This document shows positions 51,535 to 64,000 of a stretch of DNA of 64,000 nt, one piece after another. A program made the position numbers and the translations under genes. The notes under the pieces were generated by a model. That model was given only the letters and a program-made list of their open reading frames with translations, was not told the DNA's origin and did no database searches. The stretch's first letter is position 1, and each line of letters begins with the position of its first letter. The DNA comes from Vicugna vicugna (taxonomy: Eukaryota): contig MU061579.1 of the NCBI GenBank assembly GCA_013265495.1, forward strand, positions 4,959,146 through 5,023,145, read 5' to 3'.

Positions 51535-53859
51535 GAACAAACAAAACTTCTCATTGGGTATGTGTGCCCATGATGGGTGAATCTAGTCTTGTGCATTCTA
51601 GCTACATTTGCACAATGTTATCATATTGTGCAGTAAAAGATAAAAGAATTTGTCCTAAAGTGATGCATGGGAATACTGGGGGTGGTAGAGCTGATTCGAG
51701 TTGATAAGGGAGAAGACAGGGAGGGTAAAACTGACTCAAAAACGGAGAGAAAAGATGGATGACAATTACAAGAACGGATACAATCACACTTACACGCATA
51801 TAAGTGAAACTTAAAATATGTCCATACAGGAATTAAATATCAAACAATATAAATTAAGTTAAAAATAAGCATAGGTCTAAGTACCAATTTTTTTTCTGTT
51901 TCCAAAAAAAAAAAAGAGTTAACCACTATTAGAAAGGAATAGAGAAAAATGCCCTTCCCTTAAACACACATTTAAAAACGAGATATTCTTGACAACAATG
52001 AAGTGAAGTCATCTTACTGAATCTCTTATTTCCTCTACTTTTGGAATATAGCATTCTCTTTTTGGCAAAAGAAAATTTTCTTTTTTTAATTTTAAAATGT
52101 ATTGCTATTAATAATATTACTAAGTTAGAAGGTATGTAAAATATATACACTTTCCTTATTTGAAAATTCTACTTCATATTTTTATGTTTTTTCATAGCTC
52201 TTAGATAAATCTGAAACAAGATTGAAGGTTATCCTATGCACAACTCAATAGTTTTAATTGCAACATTTATCATGCAGAAGTTCTTGCTGCCAAGAATGTG
52301 TTGGCACCAGGCAAAGGTGTAGCCTCCCCACAGGGATTTTATTATTCGACATCAAGGAATACCTGCAACATAGCGAGCATGGCCACAGAGCCTCCCCTAA
52401 ACAGTAAAACAACCAGTTTGAGACAAGACTAAAGAGAAACTTGATTTAGTTTTAAAAATAAAATCTTTCTGAATAGTACATGTTTTCCACTTTTCCTTTA
52501 TAATGGATTCCCATATATAAATGTTAATACACTAAGTCACTATAGCCCTCAAATCATTGTTATTAGAGAAAGTAAAACTCTAAAAATAGTAATATTAAAT
52601 TACTAATAAAGATGCTTTTTTTTAAGACTTTACTACTCATTCCCGTTTATGGGGACTCAGGTTGTGCTACATCTATCTTTACTCCTAGAATGTTTTCTCT
52701 GCTTTATAAACTAATAAACAAACAAAGAAAATGAAGATATAGTTTATTCCAACCAAGTGCTTAAAAGAAGAATAAAAGCCTTTCAAAAAATCTGCTTACC
52801 ACACAGAACACAGCAATTCTCATGGTTGTGTTATAATAATTATGAGTTACATTGTGAGTAGGGGTTTATTACTGATAATAATGCAATTTAAAAAATCTGG
52901 AGCATGGAGACTAACTGAATTAACTTTTAATGTAAAATAGTTTATATTAAAATTTATACATACACGTAACGAAGTACAAAAAGCATTCCTTGTCACTTTA
53001 ACATCAATATGCATTTTTAGTGTTGGAGAATCTAAGCTGAAAATTATTAGTCATGTGAATCTCTACAGAAGAGAAAAAAAAAAGAAATGTGTTGTCAACA
53101 GTCAGCCTACAGTACTAGTTATCAGATTGGACATTGACTCTATTTACCTGACTGATTTTTTCTATGTAAGGAACTAGTATTGTGTGTGTGTGCAGGTACA
53201 CGTGTGTCTGTGTGCACGTGTGTAACTGTGTGTGTGTAGAGGGTTGAGGAGTTAATGATAGGGAAAGAGACACAAAACAAAACATGCCAGCATCAGTACC
53301 AAGAAAATGTGTCAGCTGTATGTAGTACACACAGACTATGTGCTAGAAGATACAGAGAAAGGCACCTTCTGTGTAATACCCTTATTTTCATACTGGTGTA
53401 AGACCCAGGGATATGCCAGGGGGTTCAAGAAGCTACAAAAGAAACATGGCTCATCTTTTGGGGAGCATAAAGTTTTCTTGAAGCACTGCTGGTATCTGAT
53501 GAGCAAAAACCCCATTCCAATTCCTTTCCCATTTGCTGGTATATATCAGAGATGACTGAGGGGTAGCCATCTTGAGTGCCACTTTATAGCCGACTTCAGA
53601 TTCTTGGGGAAATGTTCACTTTCCTTACGCATATAAGGTTTAGACATAACAACAAAATTGCGAACACAGACACACTCTCTTCTCAACATGGATATGCTTT
53701 CCACATTCTGAGATAAATTACTGTCTATCATTACTAATATTATCATATTATTATTGATAGTATGATTAACTCATATTAGTGTAATTTGATAATGATGAAT
53801 ATTTGGGATTAATCATGAGACTAAAGTACCTTGGGTGAGGTCAAAGTTAACAGGATGTC

Positions 53860-53885
53860 AGAGAGAGAGAGAGAGAGAGAGAGAG
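53860..53885. repeat. (AG)n microsatellite
   Basis: About 13 AG units. Confidence 0.95.
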
Positions 53886-54267
53886 GGCTATAATATAATC
53901 AAATGCTAAAAACATCATAGAGAAACTGAAGTCAGTAATGAATCTGCATAGCCAGAAGTCAGGGAGCAGGAATAGGAGCTGGCTGGCCTATACATTACCG
54001 GGCAAGAAACATCAAGGAAATATCAAAGGCTTTCTCCCTTTTGAAGCTGTGTCTCAGGGCTGGAGTTGAGCCTTGCCTGGGCTTCAGAGAGCCCTATTAC
54101 TATAGGGCTGAGGAACAGCATGTGGCCTGGGAACAGAGGTCACCTCAGACCCTGCAGAGTTGGAAGAGTACCTGAGCTAATGATGACTGACAGGTAAGCT
54201 ATTTTTAACTTACACCCAAGCCTGATATTGTACCATTGCCACTCACTACAATTAAAATGTGTGTTTT

Positions 54268-54570
54268 CTAGACTCTTCCACTCCAGCCATGAGAGAGTAA
54301 TCGGGACTGGATAGACTCTCCTGCCTGAATAGTTATAAAACTGGGTAGAATACAGGAGGGGACTGTGATCCTTTAGAGAAAGCAAGCACACATTTTCACC
54401 TTCACACCAGCTTTCTTCTGGGATCACTTTTCAGCAATTGTAAGGGGAAGCAGAGACCAAGCAGGGCACAAAGTTCTCGGTGTACCCAGGAGGCAGGTAT
54501 CAGATTTCAAGGCTCCTACGGTAGCTGGAATTTATGGTGCAGGTTATCAGAAGAAGGGAGCTACGTTTTA
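54268..54570 (+). mobile_element. Old L1M 5' end fragment
   Basis: 'cttccactccagccatgagagagtaatcgggactggatagactctcctgcctgaatagttataaaactggg...gtagctggaatttatgg...agaagggagctac'. Confidence 0.55.
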
Positions 54571-56789
54571 TTCAAAAGATGTATAACATCAGATAGTTTG
54601 CTGAGTTCATAATTCATTATGTGTGTGTGACCTTTGTTTTTTATTATTTTTCTTTTTATCTTTTACTTACTACCTGTCTTTATCTACCAGAGGCTTCATT
54701 CTCCAGTCTGGTCTATTCTTTAGACCTACTCTGCCCCATCTTCTGGGACTTCCCTTAAATTCTCTCGACGAATTAATTTGCTGAGTTCCATTTTATTTTC
54801 TTTCTTGCTTTAACTTACTTGTTTTTCAGAGAACAGTCTGCACAACTTCCTAAGAAAGTACCAGTATACAAACAAGTTTTGAGAGATACGCTGTATTTCA
54901 TCAATTTAAAGATAAATGTTAACATTTTTGAAATTAAGACATGTTTTTACAATTCTGATGGTGCCTGCAGTTATTCTCAGCCAGGCAGCACTACTGATGC
55001 AGCAGTCATTGTTAGTGCAAGCAGTGAGCTCGCTCTAAAAGCCATCTGTTGATATTTTTATATGATAACGAAGTATGAGGATCAAGTTTACCATGTAAAT
55101 AATAGCTGTGCAGTATCACCATTAACTGGATGTCACAATGAACAATATTGTGTAGGAAACCAAAGGCACTGATTATTCTGAGCTAAAAATAATTCAGAAA
55201 GAATCCACCCTAAATGTGAAGAAATTTTAGAAATGCTTTAACTCTCTTGGTCAGGATTGGCCAGATTACACTAGAGAAACAGTCTCCAAATTGTTATAAG
55301 CTACTGAGTCAAATGGTTATTTGTCCATCATACACTTACAAAGATTCTTCTACAAAGAGCAATTCAAGGTGTTTTTATCTTGTGATTCCACTATCTTCCT
55401 GAGGCTACTGCCATCATCACTAAAGAAGTAGAGAAGAGGGAGAATGGATAATCTCCCGCACATGGGTTTTCACCACATTAGCACTGGCTAGAAATACCCA
55501 CATGGGCCAACTCAAGCGCAGATGGTTTAGGATGCGATGTCTGGATTTAGGAAAATAGAAGTAAACCTGATATTGGTAAGTCCAAAGAGTGCCTATCATA
55601 GTTTACTCCCTGATCCTCAAATATCTGATTCATGCCAAACAGATGAATAGCACCCTCCCCAAGGAAGACAAACCCCAAATCCCATTCAGTATCAAGACTG
55701 AGCTCAAAGACTAAGAGTTGTAATACACAATAATTTCTACACATTTTTTAGACAAGGTCATTCTTGATTTGAGGAACTGTGAACAAAAAATTAAACTAAA
55801 AAGAAAATTTATCCATCCTTCACATCCCGTATGCCAAAGTTCAGTTGTCTATTCAGCAAGAGGTCATATGAAGGCATATGGCCACTGGTCCATAGTATTT
55901 TGAAATCTTACATGCACCAAAGGTTACTGTTCTGGGGAAAGAATGTTCTTGTTTCCTGCTTAGGCACTGATTTTCATCCCTGTGAATACATTTCTTCTTT
56001 TCTCCTGGGGCTGCTGGTTTTATCTTCTGGGAAGGAGATTTTTTCTTTTCTATTATCCACCTTCTATTTTCCACAGTGTGAAGCTGACATTGGCAAATAT
56101 GTTATTTTTGAGGACTAATTTTCTTAGTCTACTGTCTGTTCAAAAATGATTTAGGGCATTATTATTTTTTAGGTATCTCATAGTTACCCATTTAGTCCAG
56201 ATTTATGATTTCTTTGGCAACTATACAAGAACCTCAAATCTACTGAATTCCTTGCTTTCTTTCCCCCATATCTTTTGCTCTTTGATTTGAAAGAGACAAT
56301 GTTGCAGTTACTGCAGTTTTAGTCATTTTTTTGCCCTGAATTACTGGACTCAACACTATTTATCTTATCGGTATAGTAGGGAGTTGTGCTCAGTTGAAAG
56401 GCCTCCTTGCACATTTCCTTCCCAAGTATCTGTCAAACTTATTTATTCATTAGAATGAAGCAGCAGCTGTCTTTTCCAATTCTACAAGTCCATGAAACTT
56501 TCGACTGTTTTTCTTTTTTCCTCACATCTGCATGCCAACCAAACTATTTTTTAACATGTTTATTTACTTCTGATGATACAAATACCATGGATGACAACCA
56601 AAGTACACTACCATTTCATTAAAGTGTGATTGACTTCCAGTGGTAGTGCACGTAGTAATTTTAGTGAATGTTTTACTACTGCAACATGAAATGCCATCAT
56701 TCTAGTCCCTGATGGTTTCTTCATCACTCACTGCCCAGCCATATATTTTAAGTTTTCTAGGTCATTTCCCTACTTTTGTGTTAATATTT

Positions 56790-57150
56790 GCATCCATCAG
56801 AATAGGCTACATTAGGATGCAGTAATAGAAACCTAGAGATGTAATGCAGTAAAAGTTTATTTCTCACATATGCAAATTATTTTGCAAATGTAGCTCACTT
56901 TTTAGAGCAACTGTCTTCTGTGTGGTGAATCAATGGCCAAGTTGCTTCAAACCTGTGGCTCTGTTGCTGCATGAAGCTTCTTCTACAATCACCACTTCAG
57001 TGCAGAAATTCACATTTCGCTGGTTTCCATTTAACTGCCATGCCTGTAGACGTGCCAGTAACTTACTGCATGGGGATTGAAAACCTGTCTTCCATGTATG
57101 CAAAAATGGAGGAGAGTGGACACTTGTAAAATCCACCATTTCAACTACTT
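56790..57150 (-). mobile_element. Old MLT1 LTR remnant
   Basis: 'tcagaataggctacattaggatgcagtaa...aaagtttatttctcaca...ttgcttcaaacctgtggctctg'. Confidence 0.5.
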
Positions 57151-57229
57151 TTTTGGGTCATATTTTCCTCTTTTATAAGGAGAAAAATCTACACCTAAAT
57201 AAAATTAGGTATTTGTCAACAGGTATAAA

Positions 57230-57341
57230 ATAAGCATTCTTTGTGATAACATAGTTTTCTTAGCAGTTTTTTTTTTTTCTCAGTGACACATAAAAATGGT
57301 ATCTCTTACAACCAATGGCATAAAGTTGATGAAAAATAGTA
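57230..57341. mobile_element. TcMar-Tc2 (Kanga/MER104-like) terminal fragment
   Basis: 'acataaaaatggtatctcttacaaccaatggcataaagttgatgaaaaatagta' resembles the Tc2 TIR region ending in TA. Confidence 0.45.
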
Positions 57342-58025
57342 CAGATAAATATATAGATATAAATAAATATCTATGACATAATTTAAATAAAATTTATATG
57401 TATATTAAAGTTGCACTATTGTAAAAACCAGCTCAAGATTAATGCATTTTTTTAGTATATATACTTTTGTCTTTTCTTCCCTTTTCCACGTTTTAAAAAT
57501 TTTATTTATTGAGTACTTACTTTTTGTCAGTAATGATTCTAAGCAATTACCCATACATAAAATCATTTATTATTATAAATCATAAGAAAATAGTATTCAA
57601 AAGACAATATCTATTAAGCACAAAAATGATTTTGCCCATACAATAAGGAATTTTCCCAGAAACATTTGAGCAATCTAAAGGTTTAGTTATACAGATATGT
57701 GGTAAGAGTTTTGTAACTGAAAAATGCCAGTATTCAGAATAGAATAATTTCTTTAGCAGTGCACTGATTATAGTGTATGAATCACAAGTAATAATTGATA
57801 TATACATATTTTATATAGTAGTCATTAAGATATAGAAAATAAAATAATGTTAATAATAATACTAATAATTATAAATCATAGAATTATCTACATTTTTTTT
57901 GTAAGAACAAGAGTGGATTTGAATTCATTTAACTGTTTAAGGCTCATAAAGAAAATACTTGTTCCCACCAGTGTATCATGATCCACAATTTGAAAATCCT
58001 GAGTGAATATGAGTCTGATTTAGTT

Positions 58026-58203
58026 TAGTGTATCTCATGCTAGCTTGTGCATCAGAGCCCCCTAGCATGTTTTGGTAGAAATCAGATTCCATTAATTCCA
58101 ACACTGGGCAGCAAAATAAGAATCTCTGGACCTTCACACAGACACATAATTTTCAGAAGTCCTTTATAATTCCAGTATTATTAAGCTAGTGTTAAAATCA
58201 CTG
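58026..58203. mobile_element. MER5-type hAT element
   Basis: 'tagtgtatctca...gtgcatcagagccccctag...cagattcc...agaatctctgg...ttaaaatcactg'. Confidence 0.6.
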
Positions 58204-58399
58204 ATGCTCTGAAGATAACACAAACAACCATCAAAAACAATAAAATAACACTCTCTTCTGTAGTTAAACTGCCCTGGGTTTAATTTTTTTTAAATTTTTG
58301 ACCTTCATTTTCAGGCAAGTTACCTAAACTCTATAAACTTTCATTTCCTCCTTTATTAAATGGTTGATGAAAATTTCTATCCCATAGAATCTGTTCTGA

Positions 58400-59086
58400 A
58401 TTTTTGTCAAATTGGCTTTATTCCTATTGCTGTTCCCTTCATTGAAGGGAAGAAGTCTACAACCATGTTTACCAGAATCCCCTTCCCTGTCTGATACCTG
58501 GTAAGAATATCAATGAGTGTAAACTATGGACTTTGGTTGATAATAATGTGTCCATGTTGGTTCATCGATGGTACCAAATGTTCCACATTGATGAGGGATG
58601 TTGAGGGTAGGGGAGTATATATGAGCGGGTGGGAGGGCTATGTGGGAACTCTGTATTTTCTGCTCAATTTTGCTGTAAACCTGAAATTGCTCTAAAAGAT
58701 AAAGTGTACTTAAAAAAAAAAAGAATATAAATAAGCCAAACTCATGTTGGCCAAGGGAAATGAGAATAAATTATGTGGTCAGATGTGTGAACAAATATGA
58801 TACAGAACTTGAAATTGCTTATCTATCACCTGCTGTGATGATTGTGACAGAGACAGGAGGGACATTCTTGCAGATCACAGCAGATTCCTTTGAGAACACT
58901 GGATCTAGCAGTTTAGGTGAAGGGCCTCAGCCTCTACTTGCTTGACTTTCTGCTGTAGCAATCTGGGCCTTTTTGGTGACTTTACTCATCTTTGTCTCCC
59001 CACCTGTCTCATGTCTCCCTTGTAAATCCTAATTTCTTTGTTAAAGCTTCTTATTCTGTTTCCCTGATTGAGCCTAGACTAAGATA
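58400..59086 (+). mobile_element. LTR33-like ERVL LTR split by an L1 tail
   Basis: 'ccagaatccccttccctgtctg...' before the L1; terminus 'ttctgtttccctgattgagcctagactaagata'. Confidence 0.45.
58515..58722 (+). mobile_element. L1MC/MD-type 3' end with poly(A) and TSD
   Basis: 'gtaaactatggactttggttgataataatgtgt...gggaactctgtattttctgctcaattttgctgtaaacctgaaattgctctaaaa'; TSD aagaatat(c/a)aat at 58503-58514 and 58721-58732. Confidence 0.85.
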
Positions 59087-60050
59087 GTATCATGGGAGAA
59101 TTTAAGAAGATAGCAGGATCTTTGCTTTGGAGATAATAGCTATGAAGGACAAAGCCCCAATTCCCTAATGTGGTCATTCTTCTTTTTGGCAAACTTTCTT
59201 GCCAGAAACTGGAGACTAGATAGATAGATAGGTGATAGATAAATAAACAGCATGTGCAATATAGACCACTAGTGTCCACATTCAGGTCATCTGTCCTCAG
59301 TTCCCTCATATCCATCATTATACTTTGCTGTGCTCCATTGCTGTCAGAAAGACATAAACTGAATAATCTCTAGTTCCCCAACATGTATCTTGGTGTAGAG
59401 TTCTCCATGTTATGTCAGCTCTCTAGAAAAAACTCCACATAATGGTTCACTCCACGAATTGACTATAAGAGTAAAGCTTCCACTAGATACATGTTAAATG
59501 CTTAAAAAGAAAATTAGTCTAAAATCAAAATAAACATGTACCCTGAGGCCTGGAAGAAACATAACTACAATCTTAATAAGAGTTAATGAAATTCCCTGAA
59601 TTTGCACTGCTCTATTACTGAAGCCAATAACATTCTAATTTGGTCAAGGCTTCATTTAGTTCTACTTCTGGACTAGCCCCATGGCCAATACTAAAACTCC
59701 ACAAATATTACAGAATAAAAGAAAGAAACTATGTTCACCCTGTACCTAGAAGCAGTAATATCAGAAATGCAGACAATTCTCAAATATTCAAATTGGTTAT
59801 ATATGTTTTTTGTTTTTCATTTGCTTCACTTGACCTTTTATTTCAATTTTACCTTTTATTAAAAGGCTAGGAACAAAGTAGAAACTGAAAACAAATGCTT
59901 TTCTTAAAAAAAAAATAATAGCATTTGAGGGTCAATTAAAGGGCATTAAGATATTATGCCAAACCAAATGTTACAGAAAGACAAATACCATAAGAATATC
60001 ATACCATACCATTCTCCATTATATGTGGAATCTAAAAAAAAATAGAAAAA

Positions 60051-60454
60051 TATCCCTGGGACCTGATTCTGCCCACCAGTGGGCCAGCACCAGCCCCTGG
60101 ACCCCTCAGTATCCACAGCCAGCCATGCTGGGACCCAGCCCCCAGCACCACCTGTGGACCAGCAGCCACCACATGAGGCAGGGTCTGGCAGTCAGCTAGG
60201 CTCAGGGCTAGCTCCACTGACAAGTGCAACCACGGCAGTTGTCCGCAAAACAACGGAAGGGCACATGCACCCCACACAGGGGGCACCCATAGAGCATGTA
60301 GCTTTGGTGACCAGAGAGGAGTGTGCAGCTGCTCCTACATAAATCCATTTTTCTAAGATCGGGAAAGATAACCAAATAGATAGAAATAAACACAGAGAAT
60401 TAGGCAACATGAGGAGACAGAGGAATATATTCCAAATGGAACAACAACAACAGC

Positions 60455-60486
<32 letters not shown>

Positions 60487-61475
60487 ATCAAAAAGAGAAC
60501 TAGGTGAAGTGTAGATAAACAAAAGTTCAAAGTAATGGTCATAAAGATGCTCAACAAACTCAGGAGAAGAATGGATGAACACAGACAAAGGGATAACAAA
60601 GAGTTAGAAAATACAAAGAGGATCCAAATAGAACTAAAGAATAAAGAAAAAAAGAGTTAAAAAAATCCACTAGAATCAACAGTAGGTTAGATGATACAGA
60701 GGAACAGAACAGATTACCAAACTGGAAGACAGAGTAGTGGGAATTACCCAAGCTGAACAGAAAAGATAATTTTTTAAAATTAGGATAGGTTAAGAGATCT
60801 CTAGGACATCAAACATGAAAGGGGTCTCAGGAGAAGAGAGAGACAAAGGGGCAGAGAACTTATTTGAAGGAATAATAGCTGAAAACCTCCCTAACCAGGG
60901 AAAGGAAGCAGATATCCAGGTCCAGGAAGTAAAGAGAGTCCCAAACAAGATGAACTCAAAGTGGTCCAAAAGACACAATTTAATTAAAATGGTAAAAATT
61001 AAATATAAAAGGAGAATTATAAAATCAGCAAGAGAAAGCTAGTTTCATGCAAGGGAACTCCCATAAGATTGCCAGCTGATTTTTCAGCAGAAACTTTGTA
61101 ATCCAGAAGGGAGTGGCATGATATATTCAAAGCGATGAAAGGAAAAAGATGTACAACCAAGAATACTCTATCCAGCAAGGCTATCATTCAGATTTGAAGT
61201 ATAGGTAAAGATTTTACAGATAAGCAAAAGCTGAATGAGTTCAGCACCACTAAACCAGCTTTACAAGAAATCTTAAAGGAACTTCTCTAAGCGGAAGAGA
61301 AAAGACAACAATTAGAAATGTGAAGATTACAAAAGGAAACAACTTTATTGGCAAAGACAAATAAATGTACAGTAAAAGTAGTAGATCAACCACTTATGAA
61401 ACTAGAAGGAAGGTTGAAATATGAAAGCAGGAAAAGCATCTATATCCACAATAAGTAATTGAGGGATACACAAGA
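60051..61475 (+). mobile_element. L1 5' UTR, disrupted ORF1 (ATG ~60409) and inter-ORF region; no ORF2
   Basis: GC-rich 'cctgggacctgattctgcccaccagtgggccagcaccagcccc' UTR; ORF1 pieces MRRQRNIFQM and KGAENLFEGIIAENLPNQGKEADIQVQEVKRVPNKMN; multiple stops. Confidence 0.9.
60441..60486. repeat. (CAA)n expansion inside L1 ORF1
   Basis: About 15 CAA units with one CAG. Confidence 0.95.
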
Positions 61476-61657
61476 AATCACTTTTGTCCTAATTCTTATC
61501 ATTTAAAAATAAAAATAAGTGACAAGCAAGTAATTTTACAAATTATATGTAAAATCCCATACTAACCCTCTTGCTCAGAGAATGATATTCTAATATTAAA
61601 ATGACCTCAAAGGGAAAGTACAGCTTTGACTAGATAATAGTAAACATTTTTATGGTG

Positions 61658-61696
<39 letters not shown>

Positions 61697-61725
61697 AAAA
61701 AAAAAAGAAAAAGTAAAGAAAAAAA
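61658..61725. repeat. Long poly(A) tract (37 pure A, then interrupted)
   Basis: Read directly. Confidence 0.95.
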
Positions 61726-62149
61726 GCATAAAGCAAACAACTATGTTATAAGAAGGCAGCAAATATTAGAAGACAGATATATTATTTAAAAAATAATTTA
61801 AATTCATAATGAGAACACTAAAATCTAAATCAATAAATCAGTAAATCATATAAGCAGACATATTTAATTGGGTAAATCCACTGGGTCAGTATTCAGTCTA
61901 ATAGGTAATACAGATATTTAAAATACTACTCCAATGAAGTATAATTTTTCATCTGTTAAACAGTGAATAAAAACATTTCTTTACCATGAAAAGTTGGATT
62001 GGCAATCCTGAGCTCTTAAGGCTGCTTTTTAAGCTTCTGTGACCCAGATCCTTGTCTATAATTATTCTGCCATTCTAAAGTCATGGCTTTCACCTCAAGA
62101 CAGCTATTAATTTCCAGCCATCACCTCCATAAAATCAATTTTTAAAATT

Positions 62150-62575
62150 AATGTATAGTAATGCCAAATAACATAAATTACAATAAAATAAAATACTTAG
62201 AAATAAACTGAACCAAAGATATACAAAGACCTCCACAACAAACATCTCAAAACATTTCTGAGAGAAATTAAAGATAGGAATGTGACATGGCATAGCTAAC
62301 TTAGAAATCAAATAATACACTTAAGCATGTACCTGAGGGAAATACAAACATAAAGACTTGCAAATGAATGGTCTTATTAGCAGCTCTATTTGTAATTTTC
62401 AAAGACTGAAGAAAAATCCAAAGTTTTTTATTCAGCAGGTGAATAAGTAAACAGCATGCAGTATATCCATACAATGGAATACTATACAACAAAAAAGCAA
62501 ACACATTATTAACATGAATAACAACATGAATGAATCTCAAAATTAGTATGTGAAGTTAAATAAACCAGACAAGGA
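62150..62575 (+). mobile_element. Old L1M ORF2 3'/UTR fragments
   Basis: 'aaaatacttagaaataaactgaaccaaagatatacaaagacctc', 'gtatatccatacaatggaatactat...acaacatgaatgaatctcaaaa'. Confidence 0.75.
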
Positions 62576-63058
62576 CACTACTCAGCCGTAGAAAAGAATA
62601 AAATAATGTCATTTGCAGTGACATAGGTGGACCTGGAGATTGTCATATTAAGTGAAGTCAGCCAGAGAGAGAAAGAAAATTATCATATGATATCACTTAC
62701 ACGTGGAATCTAAAAAAAAAATCAGACAAATGAACTTATTTACAAAACAGAAATAGACTCACAGATAAAGAGGCAAACTTGTGTTACTAGGGGAGTAAGG
62801 GGTAGTGTAGGGATTAATTGAGAGTTTGGGATTTGCAGATACTAACTACTATATATAAAATAGATAAACAGCAAGGTCCTACTGCATACTACAGAGAACT
62901 ATATTCAGTACCTTGTAATAGCCTATAATGAAAAAGAATATAAAAAGAATATATATATGTATATTTATGTACAACTGAATCACTATGCTATACATCAGAA
63001 ACTAACACAACATTGTAAACCAACTATACTTCAATTAAAACAAAAACAAAAATAACAA
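62576..63058 (+). mobile_element. Artiodactyl/camelid L1 3' end (same family as 16546-17529)
   Basis: 'actactcagccgtagaaaagaataaaataatgtcatttgcag...gacaaatgaacttatttacaaaacagaaatagactcacag...ctatacttcaattaaaa'. Confidence 0.92.
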
Positions 63059-64000
63059 ATATTTTCATAGAGTAATATTTTTTAAAATTCACTTTTTAAC
63101 ATGGAAAAATATTTTTCAGTCCTTCATATGATTTTATTTTCTCACATCAACACAATAAGAGGATATCTAAATTTTGTCTTAATCGGAGGGTCTGTAAACA
63201 CAGGCTTATGCAGTGTACATACAGGTAAGACAAACACTGTTTCTTGAAGTGGTCCTACCATGGACCCTCTTGTCATCCAACCCAAGTCTCCCACTTTCCT
63301 GGCTTTATCTTCACTGTATTGTGTGCACACTTCAACAAAAAGACCCTGAAATTGTTACAAGTGACAAAGGCCGAGTAAGATCATATGAAAGAAAGAGATA
63401 AAATATGTGTAGCTAATCTAGATAAAGTATAATGGGAACGTATATATATATATATTTTTTAATATTTTAAAAGTGTGAGAATGTTTAAATTTTGATGAGA
63501 ATGGCCTAATTGAGGTTGATTAACATGAATTTATCATGATATCAGCAAGTCCAGCTGTGTGATTTTTTTCAGCAGCTCTCAGGAGTCTGCATGAAGGCAA
63601 AGAGGAAAGCGAAATCTGAATGAAAGCTTTGTGTGTGTGTGGATGTCTGTGTGTATGTTTATGTCTTTCCCTAGAAAGCTGTAACAAAAGCAGAAGGGCA
63701 AAGAAATTGAGAAAATTGTCAAGATTCATGGAAAAGTTGAGCCATGATAAGAAGGCACTAGCACCAGAGTTTTGGTTACAACCATAAGAATTGAACCAGA
63801 CAATACACTTATTAAATGATGTTTCACACCTCATGGACTCTGCAATAGTGCCAGAGAGTTTGGCAGGAAGAGTCACTGAACCAGAAAAAGTACACAGAAT
63901 GGGATGGGGATTGCTTTAGGGAAGAAACTACTCTACAACCATTCTGCGATGCGTAGTTTATCAAAGGCATCATGGCTTTTATACATATATCAAGGTGGGG

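Noticed and set aside
52364..52397. Exon-like 34-nt minus-strand segment (ttttactgtttag|GGGAGG...TTGCAG|gtattc)
   Set aside because: Isolated, with no partner exons or frame support
60192..60599. Poly-Cys and poly-Leu ORFs
   Set aside because: Antisense readings of the (CAA)n microsatellite in L1

Overview
AT-rich mammalian (non-prokaryotic) genomic DNA, most likely camelid: it carries three tRNA-derived SINEs of the camelid Vic-like type and young artiodactyl/camelid-type L1 3' ends. Most of the window is degraded interspersed repeats (L1, L2, CR1/L3, MIR, MaLR MLT1/MLT2 LTRs, an ERV1-type LTR, MER58A, MER53, MER103, MER5, a Tc2-like element), often nested. None of the supplied ORFs looks like an intact gene; they are chance ORFs or L1 remnants. 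The best non-repeat signal is a candidate multi-exon gene on the minus strand. It starts at a locally CpG-enriched patch near 20.3-20.6 kb and runs toward position 1 through small exons with canonical splice sites (19328-19387, optional 14127-14168, 13688-13736, 11401-11463, 1549-1581). The exon phases join into MEVDTYDSKTKLLIEKEMTMEGTPQDSPLRKMKHGVTQQVFCNLLVNVEP..., a product I do not recognise. Other notable structure: a 1.3-kb unique-looking insert splitting an MLT1 LTR, a 106-bp near-perfect dispersed duplication, a twin-primed L1 with target-site duplication (TSD), an old L1 fragment with an internal poly(A) and a perfect TSD, and an MLT1 LTR-internal-LTR remnant. Repeat names come from recalled consensus features, not a database search, and many boundaries are approximate. 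No CRISPR array, rRNA or true tRNA gene was seen, and I cannot support a claim of a new biological system.
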